DNA of 64,000 bases from Antedon mediterranea (Eukaryota > Animalia > Echinodermata), in assembly GCF_964355755.1 (NCBI RefSeq), contig NC_092672.1, positions 24,131,237 through 24,195,236 on the forward strand. Direction: 5' to 3'. The translations under genes and the position numbers were made by a program. Positions within the stretch are counted from its first letter, which is position 1; every line of letters starts with the position of its first letter. A model generated the notes under the pieces. That model saw only the letters and a program-made list of their open reading frames with translations, made no database searches and was not told the DNA's origin. Positions 43,501 to 55,100 of this stretch are shown in pieces.

Positions 43501-46500
43501 TTTAGTCAAAGTTATACAAATTTCAAAGACCGCGCATTGCGCTTCTACGTGTCAAATTTTCTTCCAATCCTTATATTTATTTGCTCAATTCATTATCTTT
43601 CGAAATTGTCATCTTCGAGTTTATTTTGAAAATTCCATCATACCAAAAAATTAGAACACGATATGAGTCCCGTAATTTCACCTATGCTACACTGTATATA
43701 GATATACAGTATATACTGTACATATTGTATGACACATATTAGGCACAACTCAGCGATATAAGTACAGTGTATATGCAATCATGTCATAGGATGGCGTACA
43801 TCAACTTTTTACGATCGTATTTTAACGTACATGCATGTTTAAAAAATGTTAATTTTATTAAAATGATAAAAATGATCACCTATAATTCGTCAAAGTGACG
43901 AATTAAATTCTAGTGAGAAATTGTTTTTGTAAAAAAAAAAATGTTTCTTCACAATTTCTTTCTGTACAGATTTTGTTTAACAAATATCTCAAAAAGTTTA
44001 ATGTCAATGATTACCAAAATTTCAGAATTTCTTTCAAATACTTTAACGTAGTCCTAATAAGCTTTTCAGCGTGATCACTCAACCGTGACGTCACGTATAC
44101 GCGATTTTGTGAAATCACATTATCAATCATATCTCCATAATTCATTATCACATATTAACGAAATTCACAACACGTAAACTTCAGGTCAAGGGTAAAAATA
44201 TTAGCAATTAAAAACGCACGCGCACGTAGGGTCATGCGCGTGAAATCGCGCGTTAAAAATTTAAAAGGCTCAAAATTAAGTTTTGATCAATTTAGAGCAT
44301 GAATTGGGCCATTTGCGTGTTTCAAAAAATTACTGCGCAAAAACACGTTTTTGCGCGCGCGATACTTAAAAAGCGTAAAAATACGATTTTTTGTAGAAAT
44401 TGCATTCTACTCACCATCCTTAGTACATTAACCAAATTTGAGTCAGTTCCGACTTAAAATAACGCTATACGAGCAGGTTCAAAATGTCAAAATGCGCAAA
44501 TTAATTGCATCAAAGTGCTGAAAATGGTGAAAAATAAGGCATTTTTAAAATGAAAATAATTCTTCAGAATGCACGATGACCCCTAAGTTTTTTAACTTAT
44601 TCGGGAAGCCATTGAGTTGTAAATATAAATGTATATACACATTAGACGTACAAAATGGTATTACGTCATCAAAATGCGCAAATTAATTGCATCAAAGTGA
44701 TGAAAATGGTGAAAAATAAGGCCTTTTTAAAATGAATATAACTCTTCAGAATGGCAGGTGACCCCCAATTTTGTATACTTTTTCGGGAAGCCATTTGGTT
44801 GTAGATACATATTCATGTACACATTAGACGTACAAAATGGTATGACGTCATCAAATGGCCACTTCAATTAAAAAATTAGTAATTTTTATCTTTTTGTGTG
44901 GGTTATCAGATTCAATAGAGCGCATCTCCGTTATTTGAACCCGATTTTTGCAGACATTTTAGTATGTGCTTGCTCAATTAATTATCTTTCTCAAGAGATG
45001 TCAACATTTTTATTTTGATGACGTCATCAGGCGTAAAAACTTGAATAAACTAGGTCGTGTAATTTCAGCTACACCATACATTTGAATATCTTATAGCTCT
45101 TCAGAATTAAAGGTAACCTTGAAGATTATAAGTTATTATGAAAGCTGATGAAATATAGATATGAATTCATATAAAAATTAAGTCTATCGGATGTTGTGAT
45201 GTTATCATATGGCCAGTTGAAGTTAAAAAGTAGTTTTTAAATTTCGTTAGTCGTAGTTAATCAAATTTCAAAGAGCGCGCATTGCGCTTCTACCTGTCAA
45301 ATTCTCTTCCTATCCTTATATTTATTTGCTCAATTCATTATCTTTTGAAATTGTCATCTTTGAGTTTATTTTGATAATTCCATCATACCAAAAAATTAGA
45401 ACATGATGTGGGTCCCGTAATTTCACCTATGCTACACTGTATATAGATATACAGTATATACTGTACATATTGTATATGACACATAATAGGTACAACTCAG
45501 CGCTATAAGTGTATGCATCATGTCATAGGATGGCGTACATCAACTTTTTACGATCGTATGTTAACGTATGTGCATGTTTAAAAAATGTTAATTTCATTAA
45601 AATGATAAAATGATCACCTATAATTCGTCAAAGTGACGAATTAAATTCTAGTTATTGTTATTATTAGGTGATCATTTAGAATAAAATGATCACCTATTGT
45701 TATTGTACAAAATCTTTATTATTATTGTTATTCTTCTTTCTGTACACTTTTTGTTCATCAAATATCTCAAAAAGTTGAATAGCAATGATCACAAAAATTT
45801 CACAATGTCTTTGAAATACTTTTACTTAGCCATAATAAGCTTTTCAGCGTGATCTCTCACCCGTGACGTCACGTATACGCCATTTTGTGAAATCACATTA
45901 TCAATCATATATCCATAATTCATTATCACATATTTATGAAATTCACTACACGTAAACTTCAGGTCAAGGGTAAAAATATTAGCAAGTAAAAACGCGCGCG
46001 CACGTAGGGTCATGCGCGTGGAATTGCGCAATAAAAATTTAAAAAGCTCAAAATTACGTTTTAATCAATTTAGAGCATGAATTAGGCCAATTGCGTGTTT
46101 CAAAAAATTACTGCGCAAAAAAAATATTTTGCGCGCGCGATACTTACAAAGCGTAAAAATTGCAATTTTTTATACAAATCGCGTTCTACTCACCATCCTT
46201 AGTACATTCACCAAATTTGAGTGAGTTCCGACTTAAAATAACGCTATACGAGCAGGTTAAAAATAACAAAATGCGCAAATTAATTGCATCAAAGTGCTGA
46301 AAATGGTGAAAAATAAGGCCTTTTTAAAATGAATATAACTCTTCAGAATGGCAGGTGACCCCCAATTTTTTTAACTTATTCGGGAAGCCATTGGGTTGTA
46401 GATACATATTCATGTACACATTAGACGTACAAAATGGTATGACGTCATCAAATGGCCACTTCAATTTAAAAATTAGTAATTTTTATCTTTTTGTGTGGGT

Positions 46501-47294
46501 TATCACATTCAATAGAGCGCATCTCCGTTATTTGAGCCCGATTTTCGCCGAAATTTTAGTATGTGCTTGCTCAATTAATTATCTTTCTCAAGAGTTGTGA
46601 ACATTTTTATTTTGATGACGTCATCATGTGTAAACACTTTAATAACCAAGGTCGTGTAATTTCAGCTACACCATACATTTGAATATGTTATAGCTCTTCA
46701 TAATTAAAGGTGACCTTGAAGATTATAATTTATTATGAAAGCTGAATAAATGTAGATATGAATTCATATAAAAATTAAGCCCATCGGATGTTGTGATGTT
46801 ATCATATGGCCAGTTGAAGTTAAAACGTTGTTTTTAAATTTCTTTAGTCAAAGTTATACAAATTTCAAAGAGCGCGCATTACGCTTCTACGTGTCAAATT
46901 ATCTTCCAATCCTTATATTTATTTGCTCAATTCATTATCTTTCGAAATTGTCATCTTCGAGTTTATTTTGATAATTCCATCGTACCAAAAAATTTGAACA
47001 TGATGTGGGTCCCGTAATTTCACCTATGCTACACTGTATATAGATATACAGTATATACTGTACATATTGTATATGACACATGATAGGCACAACTCAGCAC
47101 TATAGCGTATATCAGGATGGTATACATCAACATTTTCCTATTGTATGTTAACGTACGTGCATGTTTAAAAAATATTAATGTCAGTAAAGCGATAAAAATG
47201 ATCACCTATAATTCGTCAAAGTGACGAATTAAATTCTAGTTAGGTGATCATTTAGAATAAAATGATCACCTATTGTTATTGTATGAAATCTTTA
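37531..47294 (+). mobile_element. Array of family-A non-autonomous Helentron-like units of ~1.6 kb (unit ends at 39087, ~40625 truncated, 42273, 43914, 45652, 47240)
   Basis: Repeated palindromic head, (TTA)n tract, conserved core, and 3' subTIR/hairpin/CTAG. Copies visibly diverged from one another. Confidence 0.9.
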
Positions 47295-47295
47295 T

Positions 47296-50200
47296 TGGTT
47301 ATCCGCCTCAAGCGGATAACCTTTGTTATTGTAGTGTTACTTTTTTTTTTTATTATTCTTCTTTCTTTCTCCGATTTTGTGTACGCGTTTTCTCTTGAAC
47401 GTGTTAACATAACATTTTGTAACTTGGTCAACATATAGACAATTAACTGAAGATGTACTGCGAAGCTTTTTGACAATGTCAGATCCGCGTAGCGTAAGTT
47501 ACGCGCGATTTTCTGAAAATCTTAAATCGGTCATAACTTCGAAACCGATAAATATTTTTTAACGAAATTTTCAGCCACGTTTTCTTCACATCAATGGCTA
47601 ACTTTTTCGCTCTTCAGCAAATTTTTGAACACTAGAAAGTCTGCGCGTAAACTGCGTTTGAAATTTTAAAATGCTCCTAATTTGTGCACGCTGTTTCTCT
47701 GTAACGCGTTAACATAACATTTTGTAACTTGTTCAACATATAGACATTTTACTGAAGTTGTCCAGCCAAGCTTTTTGACGATGTCAGAGCCGCGTAGCGT
47801 AAGTTACGCGTGATTTTCTGAAAATCTTAAATTGGTTATAACTTCGAAACAAATGAATATTTTTTAACGTCATTTTCAGCCACGTTTGCTTCACATCAAT
47901 AGTTAACTTTTTTAACGCTATCGCAATTTGTAACATTAGAAAGTGCGCGCGTAAATGGCGTTTGAAATTTTAAAATGCTTCAAATCAATTTCTGATTAAA
48001 TTAGAGCACGATTCAGGTCATTTTAAGCGTTTAAAAAATTGCGACTGGTGCGCACATTTTTACGCGCGCACGGCGCAGGGAACAGGTATGAGCATTTCTT
48101 TTACACGATTTGTGTTTTTAAATCTTCTGTTAACAATTTTACGTTATTTTATTCACTTTTCAACTTGAAATGGCGTTCTACGAGCACGTTAAACATGACA
48201 GGTTGCGCACGAAAACGTCAACAAATTGTGAAAATGTTCCAAAATATGTCTACTTTTAAAAATGACACAGTTCATCAGAATGCAAGGTTACCCCCATTTT
48301 TTATTTTAATTTCTTGCAGTGTATGAATCATAGGTCTGATTTATTATAGTGTTGAATGCTAAAACGTGTTTGATGGCTACATTATTTGCATATTAAATAT
48401 AATTTTTGAAATATTTATCATCAAACAAACATAAACTTATTCAAAGAGCAAAACAATAAACATAACATTTATCTTTTTTCTTTACATGTTAATATATAAA
48501 ACTTGAAAGTATGTACTTTCATAAAATATCAGCGTTTAAAATTTTTGAAGATTTCATCATAGTAAAATTTATGATTTAAGTTTGATATGTAATAATCAAC
48601 TTGCATCGAGGGGGTTCACGACATACCGAATGAACGAGGACTCTTTCTTCGGATTTTCGTCAGCAGGTGGTCATATGGCTCGATGTGTAATGCAACCGAC
48701 TTTGGTATCAGAGGTACCGGGTTCGAGTCCCGTCACGGGAAAACAATTAATTAAAAGGGTTTAGTTGGTTATTACACTGAGAGGGCAGTTTTAATTTTGA
48801 ATAGCCTACTTTTTTTGGAAAAGTCATAACTTGGAAGTACTTGAATACGCAAGATACGCTTTGTTGCTGGCGGATAACCAAACTCGTCCTCAAGTGACGA
48901 GTTTAAGTTCTAGTTGGTTATCCGCCTCAAGCGGATAACCTTTGTTATTGTAGTGTTACTTTTTTTTTTTATTATTCTTCTTTCTTTCTCCGATTTTGTG
49001 TACGCGTTTTCTCTTGAACGTGTTAACATAACATTTTGTAACTTGGTCAACATATAGACAATTAACTGAAGATGTACTGCGAAGCTTTTTGACAATGTCA
49101 GATCCGCGTAGCGTAAGTTACGCGCGATTTTCTGAAAATCTGAAATCGGTCATAACTTCGAAACCGATAAATATTTTTTAACGAAATTTTCAGCCACGTT
49201 TTCTTCACATCAATGGCTAACTTTTTCGCTCTTCAGCAAATTTTTGAACACTAGAAAGTCTGCGCGTAAACTGCGTTTGAAATTTTAAAATGCTCCTAAT
49301 TTGTGCACGCTGTTTCTCTGTAACGCGTTAACATAACATTTTGTAACTTGTTCAACATATAGACATTTTACTGAAGTTGTCCAGCCAAGCTTTTTGACGA
49401 TGTCAGAGCCGCGTAGCGTAAGTTACGCGTGATTTTCTGAAAATCTTAAATTGGTTATAACTTCGAAACAAATGAATATTTTTTAACGTCATTTTCAGCC
49501 ACGTTTGCTTCACATCAATAGTTAACTTTTTTAACGCTATCGCAATTTGTAACATTAGAAAGTGCGCGCGTAAATGGCGTTTGAAATTTTAAAATGCTTC
49601 AAATCAATTTCTGATTAAATTAGAGCACGATTCAGGTCATTTTAAGCGTTTAAAAAATTGCCACTGGTGCGCACATTTTTACGCGCGCACGGCGCAGGGA
49701 ACAGGTATGAGCATTTCTTTTACACGATTTGTGTTTTTAAATCTTCTGTTAACAATTTTACGTTATTTTATTCACTTTTCAACTTGAAATGGCGTTCTAC
49801 GAGCACGTTAAACATGACAGGTTGCGCACGAAAACGTCAACAAATTGTGAAAATGTTCCAAAATATGTCTACTTTTAAAAATGACACAGTTCATCAGAAT
49901 GCAAGGTTACCCCCATTTTTTATTTTAATTTCTTGCAGTGTATGAATCATAGGTCTGATTTATTATAGTGTTGAATGCTAAAACGTGTTTGATGGCTACA
50001 TTATTTGCATATTAAATATAATTTTTGAAATATTTATCATCAAACAAACATAAACTTATTCAAAGAGCAAAACAATAAACATAACATTTATCTTTTTTCT
50101 TTACATGTTAATATATAAAACTTGAAAGTATGTACTTTCATAAAATATCAGCGTTTAAAATTTTTGAAGATTTCATCATAGTAAAATTTATGATTTAAGT

Positions 50201-52152
50201 TTGATATGTAATAATCAACTTGCATCGAGGGGGTTCACGACATACCGAATGAACGAGGACTCTTTCTTCGGATTTTCGTCAGCAGGTGGTCATATGGCTC
50301 GATGTGTAATGCAACCGACTTTGGTATCAGAGGTACCGGGTTCGAGTCCCGTCACGGGAAAACAATTAATTAAAAGGGTTTAGTTGGTTATTACACTGAG
50401 AGGGCAGTTTTAATTTTGAATAGCCTACTTTTTTTGGAAAAGTCATAACTTGGAAGTACTTGAATACGCAAGATACGCTTTGTTGCTGGCGGATAACCAA
50501 ACTCGTCCTCAAGTGACGAGTTTAAGTTCTAGTTGGTTATCCGCCTCAAGCGGATAACCTTTGTTATTGTAGTGTTACTTTTTTTTTTTATTATTCTTCT
50601 TTCTTTCTCCGATTTTGTGTACGCGTTTTCTCTTGAACGTGTTAACATAACATTTTGTAACTTGGTCAACATATAGACAATTAACTGAAGATGTACTGCG
50701 AAGCTTTTTGACAATGTCAGATCCGCGTAGCGTAAGTTACGCGCGATTTTCTGAAAATCTGAAATCGGTCATAACTTCGAAACCGATAAATATTTTTTAA
50801 CGAAATTTTCAGCCACGTTTTCTTCACATCAATGGCTAACTTTTTCGCTCTTCAGCAAATTTTTGAACACTAGAAAGTCTGCGCGTAAACTGCGTTTGAA
50901 ATTTTAAAATGCTCCTAATTTGTGCACGCTGTTTCTCTGTAACGCGTTAACATAACATTTTGTAACTTGTTCAACATATAGACATTTTACTGAAGTTGTC
51001 CAGCCAAGCTTTTTGACGATGTCAGAGCCGCGTAGCGTAAGTTACGCGTGATTTTCTGAAAATCTTAAATTGGTTATAACTTCGAAACAAATGAATATTT
51101 TTTAACGTCATTTTCAGCCACGTTTGCTTCACATCAATAGTTAACTTTTTTAACGCTATCGCAATTTGTAACATTAGAAAGTGCGCGCGTAAATGGCGTT
51201 TGAAATTTTAAAATGCTTCAAATCAATTTCTGATTAAATTAGAGCACGATTCAGGTCATTTTAAGCGTTTAAAAAATTGCCACTGGTGCGCACATTTTTA
51301 CGCGCGCACGGCGCAGGGAACAGGTATGAGCATTTCTTTTACACGATTTGTGTTTTTAAATCTTCTGTTAACAATTTTACGTTATTTTATTCACTTTTCA
51401 ACTTGAAATGGCGTTCTACGAGCACGTTAAACATGACAGGTTGCGCACGAAAACGTCAACAAATTGTGAAAATGTTCCAAAATATGTCTACTTTTAAAAA
51501 TGACACAGTTCATCAGAATGCAAGGTTACCCCCATTTTTTATTTTAATTTCTTGCAGTGTATGAATCATAGGTCTGATTTATTATAGTGTTGAATGCTAA
51601 AACGTGTTTGATGGCTACATTATTTGCATATTAAATATAATTTTTGAAATATTTATCATCAAACAAACATAAACTTATTCAAAGAGCAAAACAATAAACA
51701 TAACATTTATCTTTTTTCTTTACATGTTAATATATAAAACTTGAAAGTATGTACTTTCATAAAATATCAGCGTTTAAAATTTTTGAAGATTTCATCATAG
51801 TAAAATTTATGATTTAAGTTTGATATGTAATAATCAACTTGCATCGAGGGGGTTCACGACATACCGAATGAACGAGGACTCTTTCTTCGGATTTTCGTCA
51901 GCAGGTGGTCATATGGCTCGATGTGTAATGCAACCGACTTTGGTATCAGAGGTACCGGGTTCGAGTCCCGTCACGGGAAAACAATTAATTAAAAGGGTTT
52001 AGTTGGTTATTACACTGAGAGGGCAGTTTTAATTTTGAATAGCCTACTTTTTTTGGAAAAGTCATAACTTGGAAGTACTTGAATACGCAAGATACGCTTT
52101 GTTGCTGGCGGATAACCAAACTCGTCCTCAAGTGACGAGTTTAAGTTCTAGT
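47296..52152 (+). mobile_element. Three near-identical head-to-tail 1619-bp family-B units (47296-48914, 48915-50533, 50534-52152)
   Basis: Head GGTTATCCGC-CTCAA-GCGGATAACC. Tail GGCGGATAACCAA + hairpin ACTCGTC-CTCAAGT-GACGAGT + TTCTAGT. ORF-track peptides recur at exact 1619-bp spacing. Confidence 0.93.
48669..48740 (+). pseudogene. Degenerate tRNA-derived (SINE-head-like) sequence in family B; also at about 50288, 51907, 56992 and 63788
   Basis: A-box-like TGGCTCGATGTG and B-box GGTTCGAGTCC at tRNA spacing. Acceptor and anticodon stems do not pair properly. Confidence 0.65.
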
Positions 52153-55100
52153 TCTTATTCTTATTATTTATTTCTCTCTGTACAGATTTTGTGTAACAAA
52201 TATCTCAAAAAGTTTAATGTTAATGATTACCAAAATTTTACAATGTCTTTCAAATACTGTAACTTAGTCCTAATAAGCTTTTCAGCGTGATCACTCATCC
52301 ATGACGTCGCGTATACGCCATTTTGTGAAATCACATTGTCAATCATATCTCCATAATTCATTATCACATATTAATGAAATTCACTACACGTAAACTTCAG
52401 GTCAAAGGTAAAAGTATTAGCAAATAAAAAATTGCGTGTTTCAAGGTCATGCGCGTGAAATCGCGCATTAAAATTTTAAAAAGCTCAAATTTAAGTTTTG
52501 ATCAATTTAGAGCATGAAATAGGCCATTTTCGTGTTTCAAAAAATTACTGCGCAAAAACACATTTTTGCGCACGCGATTTTTAAAAAGGGTAAAAAATAA
52601 AATTTGATGTATACATCATATTCTACTCACAATCCTTAGTACATTCTCCGACTTTGAGTCCATTCCATCTTAAAATAACGCTATACGAGCACGTTAAAAA
52701 TGACAAAATGCGCACATTAATTGTACAAAAGTGCTAAAAATGGTAAAAAATAAGGCCTTTTTAAAATGAACATAACTCTTCAGAATAGCAGGTGACCCCC
52801 AATTTTTTTAACTTATTATGGAAGCCAATAAGTTGTAGATATAAATATATATACATATTAGACGTACAAAATGGTATGACGTCATGAAATGGCCACTTGA
52901 ATTTAAAAATTAGTAATTTTTATCTTTTTGTGTGGGTTATCACATTCAATAGAGCGCATCTCCGTTATTTGAGCCCGATTTTTGCAGATATTTTAGTATG
53001 TGCTTGCTCAATTAATTATCTTTCTCGTGAGTTGTCAACATTTTTATTGTGATGACGTCATCACGCGTAAAAACTTGAATAACCTAGGTCGTGTAATTTC
53101 AGCTACACCATACATTTGAATATCTTATAGCTCCTCAGAATTAAAGGTGACCTTAAAGATTATAATTTATTATGAAAGCTGATGAAATGTAGATATGAAT
53201 TCATATCAAAATTAAGCCTATCGGATGTTGTGATGTTATCATATGGCCAGTTGAAGTTAAAAAGTAGTTTTTAAATTTCTTTAGTCGAAGTTATACAAAT
53301 TTCAAAGAGCGCGCATTGCGCTTCTACGTGTCAAATCCTCTTCCAATCCTTATATTTATTTGCTCAATTCATTATCTTTCGAAATTGTCATCTTCGAGTT
53401 TATTTTGATAATTCCATCATACCAAAAAATTTGAACTTGATGTGTGTCCCATAATTTCACCTATGCTACACTGTATATAGATATACAGTATATACTGTAC
53501 ATTGTATATGGCATATAATAGGCATAACTCAGCACTATAAGCGTATAATAGGATGGCATACATCAACATTTTCCTATCGTATGTTAACGTACGTACATGT
53601 TTAAAAAAATTAATTTCATTAAAATGATAAAAATGATCACCTATAATTCGTCAAAGTGACGAATTAAATTCTAGTGAGAAATTGTTTTTGTAAAAAAAAA
53701 ATGTTTCTTCGCAATTTCTTTCTGTACAGATGTTGTGTAACAAATATCTCAAAAAGTTTAAGGTCAATGATTACCAAAATTTCTGAATGTCTTTCAAATA
53801 CTTTAACTTAGTCCTAATAAGCTTTTCAGCGTGATCACTCATCCGTGACGTCATTTATACGCCATTTTGTGAAATCACAATATCAATCATATCTTCATAA
53901 TTAATAGTCACATATTAATGAAATTCACTACACGTAAACTTCAGGTCAAGGGTAAAAATATTAGGAAATAAAAACGCACGCACACGTATGGTCATGCGTG
54001 TCAAATCGCGCGTTAAAAATTTAAAATGCTCAAAATTACGTTTTGATCAATTTAGAGCATGAATTAGGACGTTTGCGTGTTTTAAAAAATTACTGCGCAA
54101 AAACACGTTTTTGCGCGTGCGTACATAGAAAGCGTAAAAAATAACAATTTTTTGTACAAATTGCATTCTACTCGTCTTCCATAGTATATTCACCAAAATT
54201 GAGTCCATTTTAACTTGAAATAGTGTTATACGAGCACGTTGAAAATGACAAAATGCGCACATTAATTGTACAAAAGTGTTAAAAATGGTAAAAAATAAGG
54301 CCTTTTTAAAATGAATATAACTCTTCAGAATGGCAGGTGACCCCCAGTTGTTTTAACTTATTATGGAAGCCAATGAGTTGTTAATATAAATGTATATACA
54401 CATTAGACGTACAAAATGATATGACGTCATCATTTGGCCACATGAATTTTTAAAATAGGAGTTTTTCCCCTTTTGTCATAGACCACCATATTCAACAGAG
54501 CGCAACTCGCTTATCTGTGATCGATTTTCTTTTAATTTTTAATACATTCTACCTCAACCAATTATGTTACTTATGAATTGCCAAGATTTTCATTTGGATA
54601 ACGTCATCACGTCTTAAAATTTAAATAACGGTGGTTACGTAATTTCAACTACAAGGTAAATTTGAATACCTTACAGGTTTTCTGAATTAAAGTTGACCTT
54701 GATGTTTATAACTTATTATGAGAGCTAGTGAAATGTAGATATGTATTCATATAAAACTGAAGCCTATCGGATGTTGTGACGTTATCATATGGCCAGTTGA
54801 AGTTAAAAAGTCATTTTTTCATCTCTTTCGTCAAAGTTATACACATTTTAAAGAGCGCGCACCGCGCTTCTACGTGCCAAATTTTCTTCCAATTGTTATA
54901 TTTTATTGCTCAATTCATTATCTTTCGATATTGTTATCTTCAAGTTTATTTTGACAACGTCATCATACCAAAAAATTAGAACATGATGTGGGTCCCGTAA
55001 TTTCACCTATGCTACACTGTATATAGATATACACAGTACAGTATATACTGTACATATTGTATATGGCATATAATAGGCACAACTCAGCAATATAAGCGTA

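Noticed and set aside
48669-48740. Functional tRNA gene
   Set aside because: The acceptor stem does not pair and the anticodon arm is irregular. Kept only as a tRNA-derived relic.
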